Part shown: one piece after another, positions 1 through 13,429 of the stretch
Position numbering within the stretch: the stretch's first letter is position 1
Layout of the letters: each line of letters begins with the position of its first letter
NCBI RefSeq assembly: GCF_006345805.1
Contig: NW_021831849.1
Coordinates: forward strand, 124,001 to 188,000
Source of the DNA: Octopus sinensis
Lineage: Eukaryota
DNA: 64,000 nucleotides
Direction of reading: 5' to 3'
Position numbers and translations under genes: made by a program
Notes under the pieces: model-generated
What the model saw: only the letters and a program-made list of their open reading frames with translations
Database searches by the model: none
Told to the model about the DNA's origin: nothing

Positions 1-1495
1 CCAATTCCATACCACGTCTTGATATCTCCCCTTTAAAATAAATATTCAATTTTTACCAATGCATAAAATTTACTGAATAACTCCAATGATCCTCAACATG
101 CCAACAAAAACACGAGAAACACATCCCAATGTAACACCAAGGGACACGAACCCCAGACATTGTCTCAGTATACATAGAGAGGGCAGAAGATGGGATTATT
201 CCAAGATTGTTCAGATTCCACGGAGAAGACGCGTATTTCTCACTTGTATTCGAGAAACCGGACCCAAACTCAACCACATGTAAATCGGTTCCATATTCCA
301 CAACCTCATCCTTTTCACCATAACTATCCATTATATTCCAGAATGTCTCCTCGATTAGACCTGAAGTGATTTTTGTATTTGCAGTCTAAATAAAAAAGCT
401 TCATTTCGGATAATTACAAAATTAGTAGAAAAATACTGTTCCTTATAACTATGTGCTTTCTTGAGAAAATCTCCCAATTTGTATTTCGTTAAAGAATCGG
501 TAAATCCATATGGTTCCTCTGTTTTAATGCGCTAAAAAATATTAGAAGTGCGACATACATCAGACGAGCACCTTGTACATATATTCATATGTTTATTTGT
601 ATGAATCGCTAAGACAGAGCACTTAGTATGAACATTCCTCCCACAAAAAAAGCATTTCATCCAAGGATTTATTCTCCCGAGATTCCCCTCAAGACAAACA
701 TAACATTCTCGTTTGGAAGAAATACAGCTCGGTACAGTTGACATTTTGTTTGAAAAAATCGAGTTCGCATCCATTTCACTTTTTTCAGCTTCTCCAATTT
801 CTGAAGTGTATTCGGCTTTTTCAAAATATAAAGTATTTTGTGTCAGAGTCTGAAATATTTCTTACATTATGTTAACCACATCGAATAATTCCGGATGTAA
901 ATAAGGTAATAAAACATGCTGATAAACATCATGAAGTTTTTTTCCATATAAAGAAGTGCTCACAGTATTTTGGGAAATTTCTCGCCAGTACGGATCCGAG
1001 TTTAAAAAAGGTTTATATCCACCTCTCTTTTTTACAGCCTATCATTACATAGAAATGAATCTAACATGGAATAAAGTGTAAAAATCCAAACGCCTTCCAT
1101 CAATTTTAACGTCCTTAAGAAAAAGTTGCTATGTTTATATATTAGTAAATTGTTACTTTTTCATGCCAAAATGAGCATAATTTCCTAAAGAAAAGTTGAC
1201 GGCATCGATAAATTGGCTAAAAATTAAAAGATTATTATACATTCAATTCGTACGGACGTTGTGTTCGGGGAACAAAAGTACTTTTATATACTTCTGCGTT
1301 AAACGATGGTCTCCAAGTCTAAAAATACAAAAAAGCTATTTGCACATCTGGAGGGATTATTTTGCATATTCCGTAGGGCTCGGCTTGATTTCTTATGAGG
1401 GAAAGATAGTACCCCGGGCCTCGGCTCCATTCTTCTTCAGTTGGGTAAAATTTAGGCGCTTCAGGTGGAACAGTAAATAATTTTTCGTGATTCAT
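1..1495 (-). CDS. KDM5: Lysine demethylase 5 (JARID1) family, 5' part; runs off the window start
   Basis: Hand-spliced: ATG at 1495, JmjN (PPEAPKFYPTEEEW...AEPYGICKIIPP), ARID (IDGRRLDFYTLF..VKKRGGY), PHD finger (CYVCLEG...CFFCGRNVHTKC, 532-774), JmjC (SGVRVPWCYIGMCFSCFCWHVEDHWSYSVNFMHW). Introns of ~24-27 nt are GT-AG. Confidence 0.93.
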
Positions 1496-1739
1496 AACTA
1501 TATAATCGTTTAATATTAAATATTGAGATTTAGTTTAAGTTGATTAAAATGCAGTTAAGCATACATGACAATACTTTACTAAATCAATTACTTTTTACGG
1601 TTGTTTATATAAATTTTAACTTAAAATAATTTTTATTATTATGATTTTAAACTTTGACAAAATTAAGCTTATTAAGTTACATACAATAATCGATATAATA
1701 GTAAACTAAATCAATAAAACATTTAACATTACAAACTCA

Positions 1740-2240
1740 ATAAGCAGCAACTAGCATAGCATTGGTGAATCAACTGGGGAGGAATTGCCTTGCCATTGTC
1801 CCAAAGACAAAGAGAACACAAGATCGGAGCCAAGTACTTATGGTGAGAGTATATTTTTTGATTTTCTTTTTTCTGCTTTAGGTCGACAATTCATTCATAG
1901 ACACAACATGGTGTTGGCATATTTTAAGACCAAGCTTCAAGTATACTCCAATTTTCATATACTCTTTGTCTGGATGAATCCAGTAAATACAAATGGCAAA
2001 GTATTTAGGCAATCACCAGAATGATGTTTGCACGTAGCATTGATGCGTTAGTACAAAGACTTCGCAATTTTAAAGTCATTGATATAGTTTCAGTTCCTCT
2101 GAACATGAAGATTTGCAGGTATCTCGAGACCAGAAAAAATCCATATGGAACGAAAGCATGGAACATGGAACGAAAACTCAGACAACCCATGCTGTTTAAA
2201 ACAATAAAAGGGGAGAGCCGAATTAGAAAAAAATAGCAAT
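1740..2240 (+). mobile_element. Possible decayed RLE-type non-LTR retroelement C-terminus (HERO/NeSL-like)
   Basis: ALGRQFIHRHNMVL resembles the post-zinc-knuckle RHN motif; VSVPLNMKICRYLETRKNPY resembles ELTVP...RK..KY. Broken frames. Confidence 0.3.
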
Positions 2241-3639
2241 TAATAGCGAGGCATAAGCCAACATTTCCAAAACGGATTGAAAAATCTTTAACATACCGAG
2301 ATCCTTTTGATTTTTAAAACACTTGCTGCTGAAAAATTGCTTAAACTTGTTTTGAACGGAACCCACAACTGGGATCTCTTTATTTCTCTCCGAAGAACTG
2401 AATAATTTATTTGATAGCTGTTTGATCACTTATTAATTTCGTTTTGGCGGGTTAGTTGTACATAAATGGCAAGGAACTGGATATTTCCTATTTACAGATC
2501 GTACTGTCAAACATATTTAATCTAAATTATGGTTTTCACGCAACTAAGACATAATAAATAGTCTTAATCATTGATGATTTGCTAGTTTTAGATTTCTAAC
2601 AATATTATACTCTCCACATGTGAATGAAGTACAAGTCGCCGTATTCTTCAATATAGTATTCGTAGTATTCGTTTCTATACATAAGCTAAGAGAAAAGGTT
2701 TTGTAAGCAGTCCTAAACCAATTACGGTTGATTTTTTAACGAACATTCGAATTTTTACAAATAGAATCAGTCATTAAAAGTTTTTTTCCTTTTTTTTATA
2801 TCTTGCATTACATTTTGTAGTTCACCAGTAATTTTTATATTTGAAGGTGAATTTTATAGAATAAACTTTGCCATAGTCTCAATTGCACACATTTCATCAC
2901 AGAAACCAATTCTCTCTACATCTTTATCATTTTTATTCTCTTGATCCTTATCTTCACAGGACATAACCTTATCTTTAATTGTTCCCAAAAATTCTTCATC
3001 ATTGTTTTTGCATATTTTATAGGTCTCGCCACAATTAAACACATCTTTGAGATCATGAGATGACATTTTTGATAAAAAGTCAGCATGGCTTTCATATAAA
3101 AATATAGGATTGACTAATTACTCATCTCCTAATATAGTACAAGATTTTATTCAAAATTTATTCTCACAAAATTAATCATGTACTTGAAGCTTTAAAATTT
3201 TGAAATTAAATTTTTTGAATTTGTTGTAGCATTCCATGGCATATTTATTGCATTCCATTTGTAATAGTCTCGCCAAATGATCTTTTATTCTGAATCCATT
3301 CATAAAGCGGTATATGAATTAAGGAAAACTTTGAGGAAATTTTGTTAGAATTCTTGTTTTTAAAATAAAATTCATTGCTTAGAATTTTGTTTATTGTTCC
3401 TATTGCCATGTTGAATACTTTACTTTATTGTGTAATGTTTTTAAATTTTTTTATAGTTAAAATCTTTGAGCTTTCTTTGAAACTTACATGTTTTTCGATT
3501 GTTTTTTGCGTTATTCTTTTGTCCGCGCATCAGTCAAAATTCAAAAAATCGTATTCGTTAATAAAATTTTCGTTAAAATTTGATTTTCTTAAAAATTTTC
3601 GTTAATCCGAATTTAACGATATTGCTTCGTGATAGAAAT

Positions 3640-3880
3640 AAGAGTCGATACATTTATCAAGATGAATATAGTGATACTACATAACAAGCCTGATTTGTGT
3701 GTTTTTGATTAAAAAGAATCATATTTTCCTGATTGAAATTGGGAATGCATCTGGCCAAAGACTGCGTCATGTAGAGATTGAGAAGCTTAGAAAATATTAT
3801 TTCCTATCTGAGAAGTTGGAGCTGATATACCACGCAAAAGTCTTTTTAATCTGATTTCGGAAAACCCTAAATTGATGAAA
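3640..3880 (+). mobile_element. RLE-domain fragment of microsporidia-type non-LTR retroelement
   Basis: HNKPDLCVFD...IFLIEIG...LRHVEIEKLRKY: the PD..E..EK..KY restriction-like endonuclease motif, frameshifted. Confidence 0.7.
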
Positions 3881-4072
3881 ATGGAGAACTTTAATATTTG
3901 TACTACTTTTTCTTTTACTTCAAATTTTCATTTAGATACATTTTTTGAAAGATAATCCTTTCAAGTTTATTACGCTATGTTATTAATCTGATTATTTAAT
4001 TTATAAATAGAAAATCTTTGCTCTGATTAATACTGAAAATTTTTTGCTTAGTAAAACTTTCAAAATTCAATT

Positions 4073-6103
4073 ATGAAAAAAGTCGAATCTAATAAGTAAC
4101 AATATATGATTAATACTTTTAATTACATTTAGATTCAATAAGATTAAGTTGAACTATGAATTTAATATAATGTAGGAGTTTTTGGAAAATAGAAAAGCCA
4201 TTTTTTAAAAATTCGATAGATGAAAAACATTGTCTTAAAAATAATCCTGAACCGACTGAAAAAAATGAAGATGTAAGGGAAAGTAAATTTATACTTTATT
4301 TTATTTTAAGAAGTGGATTTTATGAAAAATTCTAAAAATACTTTCTTTAAAAATAAATTATTTACTTCATTCAAGAATACATTTTTGAAAACTGAAATTG
4401 ATAAAAAAGTGATTTTTGTTTCTATGCTGTAGGACAGTCATTCAAAAACTGATCAAAATGGATTTTGTAATACTCCGACAGAATCTTTATTTAAAATCGG
4501 AAATAAAAAGTCGAATACTTTTAGAGTGAGTTTTCAATAGTGTCAATAAAATAATTTAAGAATCCTCAGTTGGATTTTAGCAATTCAAAGATTATTCGTG
4601 GAATGGACTGTATTAAAATTGAATGGAATTTAGCTGAATGTTTGTTGTCCTCTTATTATGAAAAATATTTTTTCAAATCAGTATTTAGAATGTATATTAA
4701 ATATGTTAGTATCACGTGAATTTGTTAGGAATCGATAGTGAAAATAATAAATTAATTATTTCGATGCGCCAAGACATTAATTATATGTTTATAATACGGT
4801 GTAACAGTATTTTGCTATAAATAGATCGACTTCAGGTTGTGTTTATATGGGAACCAGTGATATAAACGACGAAGAAGTGTCTATTCAGGCCCTTGTTAAA
4901 GTTAAATGATCAAATTTATTATATATTAAATCTAGAAGTTTACAAATAACCAAGTAGACCTCATAAAAGTTGAAATGTGTTCAAGTCAAATTGTAAATCT
5001 AAAAATTTTACATTGGGATCAACTATGGCTTTTGAAAAAATTCCAATTCGGAGTTATTTTGCAAAAAGATGGGCAGGTAAGTTTTATCTACGCGTGAACT
5101 TTTAGGTCAAAGAAGAATCAATGTTTGATAATGTGACAACCAGATATTTTGAAACTTTTCTTAAATCAATTGCACAGAGAGTGCGGCTCAAAGGATTTAA
5201 AAAGAATTAACTAAAATTATTAAAATCTAGATATTCAGGAGAATTGGATGTATCAAATGATTCAAGCGGAAAAGAATCATTTTATAGCGTTTTTAAAGAT
5301 CTTGAAATTATGTTCATGTTGCTACAATGATAAAAACTAATAACGTCGAATTAGATCGTGTAACAAATACTTGAAAAAATATTTTTAGCTTTTAAAAAAA
5401 AGATTTATCGGAAACGATGTGGTGGTTATTGTTTTTCGTGAAAACGAGACTCTTTTTAATCCTCAAATGATCACATCCAAAATGATACATGTTTTTGTTG
5501 TAATTACATTATTGCAACATAGAGGAATTTATTCAGTATTTTCTTTATAGTAATTTGTAGGTTGTCATTCATTCACGAAAGGAAATTGAAGAATTTAGTT
5601 TAATCATTCCCTCTAGTTTTACAGAAGTTTTGTAACTTTATGTACTTTTAGATTTCACAATTTAAAAATATTTTGTACCCAAAACTGATCAATGCTTATT
5701 TGGCTTCATTGACATGTGAAAGCTTCGCATCCTTAAGTGTACCTTTATCTTAAAATTAAAATGTTAGAGAAAATCAAAGTCAACGTTGCTGACTATTCTA
5801 TACAATGATCTTAAGAAGGAAAATCAAAAAAAATTAAAAATTGAAAAAAATTTGGTGCCTCAAAATCATGAAAAAACGAAAATACATAAAATCTCACTAG
5901 TTTATATTGTATTTTACATGGAAGCTTAATGGAAGTAAATCATCTTCATCTTATGTACAAAACTCTTCAGAAATCACGTATTTATTTCAATTCAGATTAT
6001 CAAATTTAGAAACCGCTTCAATTTTAATGAAGATGAAATTCAAGCAATAAAAAGTGTTTACGGAGCGTCGTTTGATTATAATAATTTTGAAAACATTCAT
6101 TAA
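4073..6103 (+). CDS. RAP1GAP: Rap1 GTPase-activating protein (RapGAP domain); possibly damaged
   Basis: Spliced product contains FQFGVILQKDGQ, YSGELDV, EIMFHVAT, KKRFIGNDVVVIVF (catalytic Asn kept) and PKLINAY. More than 10 short introns; one GA donor (5204) and a 1-nt deletion (~5313). Confidence 0.85.
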
Positions 6104-6179
6104 TAATAAACAAAAAAAACTGTAAAAATACAACGTGTAATACATCAAAAATAATTATTACGATGTTAATCCGCTCATT

Positions 6180-6480
6180 ATCCGCCTGAGATTAATCTCC
6201 TCCTTTTAGAGGAGAAAGTAACCAACACCATTTCTTCGTCCTCTGTCATCAAATCAGTTACCGCTTCTTCCAAATTCCGTTTTCGATATCCAACTTTTCA
6301 ATTTAGTTCTTAAAAACTTGGAAACGACTTTGTCCCAGGTCTGAAACAGTAAAACTATTTTCTCTTGAGCGTCGTAGAGGCTGGTAAACTACCAAGCCAA
6401 TAGATCGTATTTATGGCATTTCTAAACTTCGGTCTGCTTCAGGCGTTCCTGAAAGTAATTCCCAGTTTAATGAAAGTAAT
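6180..6480 (-). mobile_element. RLE-domain fragment, same retroelement family as 3640-3880
   Basis: EITFIKLGIT..ERLKQTEV.KCHKYDLLA...QTWDKVVSKF. Confidence 0.7.
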
Positions 6481-6504
6481 TTCATTTTTTATTATGTCGT
6501 AAAC

Positions 6505-6575
6505 CAGTAGTTCTCAAACTTTTTTGACTTGCGTACTCTTTGCCATCTAAATAATTTTCGCGTACCCCTTATCGA
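6505..6575. mobile_element. Solo terminus of a hAT (Buster/Charlie-like) element
   Basis: CAGTAGTTCTCAAAC followed by cgcgtacccct subterminal motifs; no partner TIR found in the window. Confidence 0.5.
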
Positions 6576-6899
6576 TTTTTAAAAAATTAAGAAACAAAAT
6601 TATTTAATCATAGTACTTCGATAGTTTCATGGATTTGGCCTTCACAAGCAATGAACCGGGTCGACATTCAGTGAAATTCAAGGCTCCCTTGGCGAAAGAG
6701 TCAGCACAGGTGACGTACCAAACAAGCTGCTTCTTTGATTTAAAAGCGAATAGAGTACAAACATCGGGACGTTTTGCATTTTCAATTTCAAGGCCGGTCT
6801 TCTATATATAGACAACAAATCTTTAAGCTGTTCATCTGAAAATATTTAAAAAACTGTCTAACCATTGCGAACTTGCTCACTCAATACGTAAATTTGTAA

Positions 6900-9800
6900 C
6901 TTGCAAATGAAATTAAAGCCGAAAAATCTGAAAATCAAAATAATGAAATACTTGTTAAAGAAAAATTCATTTTTATTAACAATATCCAAATCATTGGACG
7001 TCGGTACAATAATTGACTTAATGACATGCGACAATCAATGGAACTTAATTCTATGGAGTAAATAATTAAAAACATAAACCCTCAAATCTATTTGTCAACA
7101 AAAAATTTCATTAAATCAATTTCAGTAGGATATGGCAGTTTGCTAATAGAAACAAAAAATGTGGTCGATTAAGTTATCAGTTTCGATGTCCGAAAAAGTG
7201 AACCGAGGATAAGTTCTAAAAATTGCGAATTACTGATTGACATTATCTTATCAAATTATCAAGAGACTTAATTTTTAAATATAAAAAAACTTATTATTTA
7301 ATATTTCATTTATACTTGCATTCTCGTCATCCACAACACTTACAAAATCCTTTAACGGTCACTATTTCAAAATACCAAGTCTAAATAGTTCTACACAGCG
7401 ATTTCGCATAGCAAGGGAGAGCTCTCTTCCATTAGAAGGATTAACGGCTAGAAAAAGTCTAAAAATATAACAGAATCAACATACCTAAAATTTGGATGGC
7501 GTTTAATTATTGTGATCTCTCCATCAACCGAAACAAGTTTGTTAAGGTGAAAAACTCCGTTTGGTTCGAATAGTGAATTCAATCGGTCAAGCACTGCAGG
7601 GCTGTGGTGTATATTAAAAAGTAATAAACAAAAGCTTCACAAATTTGCGTTATATAAGAGAACCCAGTAACCATATTTCACAGCGTTTATAAATGAGCTA
7701 TCAATTCAATGAAATTCTGCGCAACTGTTTTTGCTTTCCGAAGTGGGATCAATGTGAAAAACGATTGATCAATTTGGTCAGTTTGATAATGATCTATAAA
7801 CGGACAGATTTGTGAACTTGTTTTGCTAGGTGACAAATGCCTTAATTGAAGTTCGTGAACCAGTTCTCGAAAAACCTCAGAATACTCGACATAAAGGCAG
7901 GATCCTAGAACATTACGATCTCTAGAGGCCCAAAGGGATATAGGCCACTAAGTTTCAACTTGATCATACATCAACCAAATCAATTTGACAGAATTCGTCT
8001 AATAATCTGACTTTGGCTGGATCAAAAAAATGTAACCACATAATTACGCGTTTCCTCATCACATGTGTGTTGTTTGGACTAAATAATTTTTTGGGAAATT
8101 GTGCCCAATAGTGTGCTTAATAATCTTTACTATCTTCCGCCTTATTCGATTTAATTATCTCTGACACCCTCGTTCGGTAATTTTCTTTTTTATGTTAATG
8201 ACTTTTACTTTATTTTGCGACAAATACGGTATAGTCCCAAGCTTGCTAATTTTTAATAACACAAGGTATCTGTCAATACGCTATTCATTCCAAACAAACA
8301 AAAAGGACGATCTTCCTATTTTGTAAGAAGACCAAAATTTATTTTAAATAATTAATTCTCTTCGAAAACCAATTATTAAACCTAACCTCCAATGGCTTGA
8401 TACCGAAAACCTTATTTTCCCTTACCTAAGCAGAAGAACTGAAACTGGATTTTTTACAAAAGTCTAAAAACTTTCCAGCTGAAAAGTGCCAAGTGCACCG
8501 AGTCAAGTGCATTTTCTCAAACTTCACTCTAAGTTCAGCTAATTCTTAAACTACTGGAATTGGCTTTTCGTTTTATATACAGTTAGGTTTTTGAAGACCT
8601 TGCATTTGTTGAAACAAATTGGATGTGCGAAATCGTCGAAAACATTTTGCATTCTTCGAAATGCACACTCTGGCTTTATAGAGTGATCTCGTAGAAATAC
8701 ATTCTAGACAAAACATTTTTTGGTTTGGATAAAGAAGTCGAAAATACGTTAAACAGTGTCAGACTTAGTACTCATCCTTAGGTGACAGTTTTCTCACTTT
8801 ATTTTAAGTTTGAAAAAAAACTTTCTCATGCCAGACATCTAACAGCGCCATTCCCAGAACACAGATAGCATTAAATACAAGAGATTTCCGTTTTGTTTAA
8901 AAATTGAACTTAGGAGACCCACCAAATCAGTGTCGCGCTGCAATAGCTAAATGAATTAGCGTATAAATTCTGGTTGCTGGTCAATTTTACTTGTATTCTG
9001 TGAAATGCATTTATGCATTTATTTTTTTTCAAAAAATTGTTTCATTTAAAATTTACTTAGGGCCCACGTTGAGTGCACGGATGGGCAGATTGATGTCAAC
9101 GCGCAGTCTAGATTTAGGGACTACCTCATCAACAGGCATCGATAAGCCGTGCCTTGTCTCGGCTTGCATGCTTTCTAAGGTCTTTCGCAACACCAGTGTC
9201 TGGATGTATGCCTTTACCCTGTCCTCCACGCCAGATGGTTTTTGAAGTATTTTGACACTAATTGCATCGTGTAAAGGCATTTTTATGTGTTTAAATCTGT
9301 GGGTATCTTAGTATTTAGACTTTAATTTTCTGAATGCAAGTATCGAAGGGATTTCTTTCCGTCGAACATTTTCCAATCGGCAATTAACGAGTCAAGTTTC
9401 GTACAAACTTGCTACTATTTACAGAAAAAAGACTTTAAAATCTCAAAATGCCATTAGAAAAATGCCGATAATATAAACGACCTACAAAATATGTTTTGAG
9501 CTTACAAAAAAGAGTTCTGGAAGTCTATGAGAAGAAGGAAAACAAATTAAGTGTTTAAATACTTACGGTCACATTTTTGAACAAAGATTTTTTAGAATAT
9601 GTTTTACTTTGGAAATTTAGCCGACTGTGACAAATATAAAAATTGAATTGTGTAGACAAAACTATTTTAAATTTTGTCTTCCTTGAAAATTTTTAAAAGT
9701 AAGCTACAAAAATTAAAATAAACCTACATTTTCCATTGGTCACGTTTTTTTGAACACCTGAAAAACAATAGAAATCCGGAAATTGATGATATCAAAAAGA

Positions 9801-10600
9801 ACTTTGAAACATTCATCAACATCACTGGCTTATTAATTACGATATCTTAAATGATATATTTTTGAACCACAGGCCTGTCCCGATAGGGCAAGGAATTCTA
9901 ATACTTATACATAAACGAGGGAAGCTGGTCGGATTGGTGATAAATTTCAAACCTATAATTCTTTTAACGAATCTACATAAACTACTGTCTCCGATTGTCT
10001 TGGATAGGAAATAACTCTCTGAGTCAAAGTGAATTTAGAAGAGGAAGGTCCGCTGCATATATCGTATGGACAGATAAATGGATATGTGGCAAAAAGCAAA
10101 AATTCCAGAAAGCTGTTCACATAATAGAAATTGAATTCTCCCAAGTATTCAAAAGAAAGCTAATGAAATATAAGTTTGGTGTTATTAGGAGGGGGCCTGT
10201 CAATTTAAAACACATATTGGTACTTCAAAAACCGATTTATTCCCTCCAATACTATTTTTTATTAATCTGGAGATTGCCTTTTAAAACCTGCGAGTAAAAA
10301 TTGGTCGATTTAAATTGATATACGCGGATTGCGTAGAATTTTTCTCAAGAGACATGAAAAAGATCAGGACAGTCCTCACAATTTCTTGGATTTTTTAAGG
10401 CATGGTTTCTAAAACCGAACGAAGAAAAAGACGCAACTAAAAATTGTCATCTGACATTTAAGAAATGTAAAAAAACAGAAACTCGACACATTAATTGGCG
10501 GTTGTGCAAATGTTCAGCGAAGGAAAATGCTTTCTATACTTGCACTTAGAAGATTAAAGTCTATATAGCTGAGATATCTACATATTTCAACAAATACAAA
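6900..10600 (-). pseudogene. MDN1: Midasin (Rea1) AAA-ring fragment, intron-containing and decayed
   Basis: D6-like motifs FH*IDSSFINAVKYGYWVLLYNAN, PAVLDRLNSLFEPNG, KRHPNFRLFLAVNP..RELSLAMRNRCVE at 7370-7720; weaker D5/D3-like motifs upstream. In-frame TGA at 7706-7708, a frameshift, a retroelement insertion at ~9020-9290, and no linker or MIDAS domain. Outer boundaries approximate. Confidence 0.6.
9020..9290 (-). mobile_element. 3' end of microsporidia-type RLE retroelement inserted in the midasin remnant
   Basis: VEDRVKAYIQTLVLRKTLESM matches the family's C-terminal AYIQS.VLKKTLES motif. Confidence 0.65.
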
Positions 10601-11210
10601 AGTGGGTCTATACAATGGATTTATTTTGCCTATTTTGCAATAGAACTCAATAAAGCAAAGCTTGAATGAAACATGTAGTGAAAACCTAAATGCATTTTAC
10701 AGAAAAAAGCCAACACCGATATTAGAAATACGCTAAAACAGCAACCAGAACATATACACTAGGTATAAATCTGAATACTTAAGACCAATAAGCAATAGTC
10801 AATGAAAGCTAATTTGACATATCTGGAAAATGGACCCTGCTACTTCTGCAAATGATCTCAAGAAATCGTATTTCCTAAGCATCGATTCCTTTCAAAGAAG
10901 ACACGTACATTTCTGCCAGTATTCATACAAAATGATCCAAAAAATATTATAATGCCACTAGAAAATGTTGGTAATATAGACGAACTTCGAAAATCGTAAT
11001 TTCAAAAAAATTGTAAAGGCGTCTAACTGAGAAAATTATTCCAAATGCTGCACAAACGATGATAAAAACACAACGTTCTTATTGTTGCGTTCGTGCATAA
11101 TTAAACTTTGTATGTTAAAATATTAATGAAAGGATATTCACTTAATTTTGTTTATAATATACAATACAATAAATTTTTTAAAATTATTCTTTTGTAGTGT
11201 ATATTAGTAT

Positions 11211-12250
11211 ATGGATCGACCTAAAAGATCAAATGCAGGTTCAAAAATGGACAATCTTATCAAAAATGCCACAAAAGATGCATTTTATGATTCATTGATG
11301 CAAAATTGGATTAAAGTTTGTTAACATTCGTCTAATTCATTTATTTAGGATGAAGAGGCTGTTGAGTCCGATCAATCAGTCAGTGCCCACTCAGAATCCT
11401 CAATGTCCATCGACTCAGAATGTGAAAAGATTCTTTCAGGCCACGAAGATGACGAAAATGAGGAGGAAACTGAAAATCCCCGCAAAAGAAAAAAGTCATC
11501 AAAAAAACCGTCTTATATGGTTTTTTTTTAATTTTGTGACCTCAAATAGTTACCAAGTTCAAAACAGCAAAAAATTCAAAAATCAGAAGGAAAGACAAAA
11601 CAAATCAAAGAATTCTCTCCATTGTCGATAACACGGAGTATTAGGAATTCGACATTGACTAAACGTGGATTGACTGCTGTGAACGAATCTAATAGAAAAG
11701 AACCCACAAAACGAATATCAGCTCCTGGCCCTTCTCTCCGACGTCTTACTCAGGAGGAATTATTATTGGAGGCTAAAATTACTGAGGAGAGAAATATCCG
11801 ACATTTGGGTATTTTGAAAGATTTTATATTATTTAGAAAGGTACTATCGAAGGGAAGTTGCCAAAAAGAAGAGAAATAAATTGATTAAGAAAAATGTAGG
11901 AAAAGTCATTTCATATCGATCCTATCAAACTCTCAAGTTTCATGTTCTTAAATTTGTTTAGTCCTGAAACAAATAAACAGTCTTATTCTAGTTTGTTGTG
12001 CTTTTCGGACGTCGATTCTTTTAATAATTTTTTTTCAAAGTCTGATACGCCTACTCCGAATTCTGAATCTAAAACATGTGGGCTGAGTAACCAACCCGCT
12101 CAGTATAAGGATCCCTTGACTGGTGTTCCCTACTCGGATGTCAATTGCTTCAAGGTCATTAGAGAAGTTGCAGCGACACAGTCTCCTGTCATTAGGGAAT
12201 ACCTTAACTCACTTGAAGAATACAATGCATTTTTTGATAAATATCGATAA
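11211..12250 (+). CDS. VPS72: VPS72/YL1 H2A.Z chaperone of SWR1/TIP60 complexes
   Basis: MDRPKRSNAGSKMDNLI..DAFY N-terminus, acidic tract, TQEELLLEAKITEERN, YL1_C (CGLSNQPAQYKDPLTGVPYSDVNCFKVIRE). Four GT-AG introns of ~25-33 nt give a continuous frame. Confidence 0.93.
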
Positions 12251-12669
12251 TTGTTCATTTTGTTAATTTTCTCATTTTTTATCTGCTATCTTACTAACTT
12301 AAAAGTTGTATTATTGTTAGGAGTTATACCGAAAAAACTTTAAATTTTTTGTTTAACTATATAAATAACAGTAAGCTTGTGAAAACTGAAAAGAAGACAT
12401 TTAATATTCATTAGTCTTCGTTAATGTTAATAAAATATACATGTGCTATGTTGGGTTTTGAAAAAATTTCTACTACATTTTTTTGAAAATTTAATTGAAA
12501 ACTTTGATTTGAAATATAAAGTAAAGAAACCGATATGTAATCATAATGTTTTGAAAAGTAATAAATTTGTATTTAAATACTAATTTTAACAAAATTGAAA
12601 AGTAGTCATAAATAAGTAATTTTTTTGAAACATCAATTTTATAATTTTTATTGAAAAAGCAACGTAATA

Positions 12670-13340
12670 GATTGGGGAAAACGTTTTAGACTTAACTTAA
12701 TGGGCCAACAAGCCGGATGGGACAGCTGCCCCTACGCAAAAACGGCCAGCATGATCTTTTGCAATAAGAAAGTAAATTCCATAAGAACCTCGGAGCGAAA
12801 TAAACAGAAGTAACCAAGTTTCTTCAGATAATTATTTTGCCAAAGACACACGAAGTCTCAACAACAATTGGCCTAAATTAAAAGCCGTCTAAAAAGCGCT
12901 GATATTTCTTAAATTTCGAAAATTCATTATTACCACTAGACCCGGGCAGAGAGATAGATTCGTTGATGGCCGGCTTAGAAAAAGTGTCAACACACGTGGG
13001 ATTCCAAACTAGTGGCTTTCCAGTGTTAAAGGCGAACGACGTAGACCCATCAGGCATTTTTCTGTCATTAGTTCGAAACCAATTGGCTCGAGGATAGTCT
13101 GTTTTTTGAGGACTTCAAGAAAATCTTGTAAAGAGCCTTATGGCGAGGTATACGAACTGCGCTTTTCTTGCGGGAAAGGACATGGAACCCGTATGTGCCC
13201 ATCGTTAATACACACCGGCCTGGGTGGTATTACATGTAGTTCAAGACGAGGGCACATAATGTAACTATACTCATTAGTAATGAAGGACCCAAACTTTGAT
13301 ACATCCTCAATCGAGGGCATGAGCAATACGGGCTCACAAA
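12670..13340 (-). mobile_element. CRE-clade non-LTR retrotransposon 3' fragment (RLE domain)
   Basis: DRKMPDG...GKPLVWNPTCVDTF...KFKKYQRFLDGF.FRPIVVETSCVFG...FLLQKIMLAV. Confidence 0.75.
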
Positions 13341-13429
13341 ATTGGGGAGGAAAAACATATTTTCGAAAGAATAGGCTTAAATTGCGTTTTTTTCTGTGAA
13401 GATGAAATCGAATTAAAGCTTAAGTGCGT

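Noticed and set aside
2005-3560. Acidic and other minus-strand ORFs as the midasin D/E-rich and MIDAS tail
   Set aside because: No IDDS.SM or LRRTKP motifs on translation; left unassigned.
7706-7708. TGA at a conserved Trp suggesting UGA=Trp recoding
   Set aside because: TOMM40 and SLC25A42 end in TGA and Trp is TGG elsewhere; the same region also has a frameshift, so this is decay.
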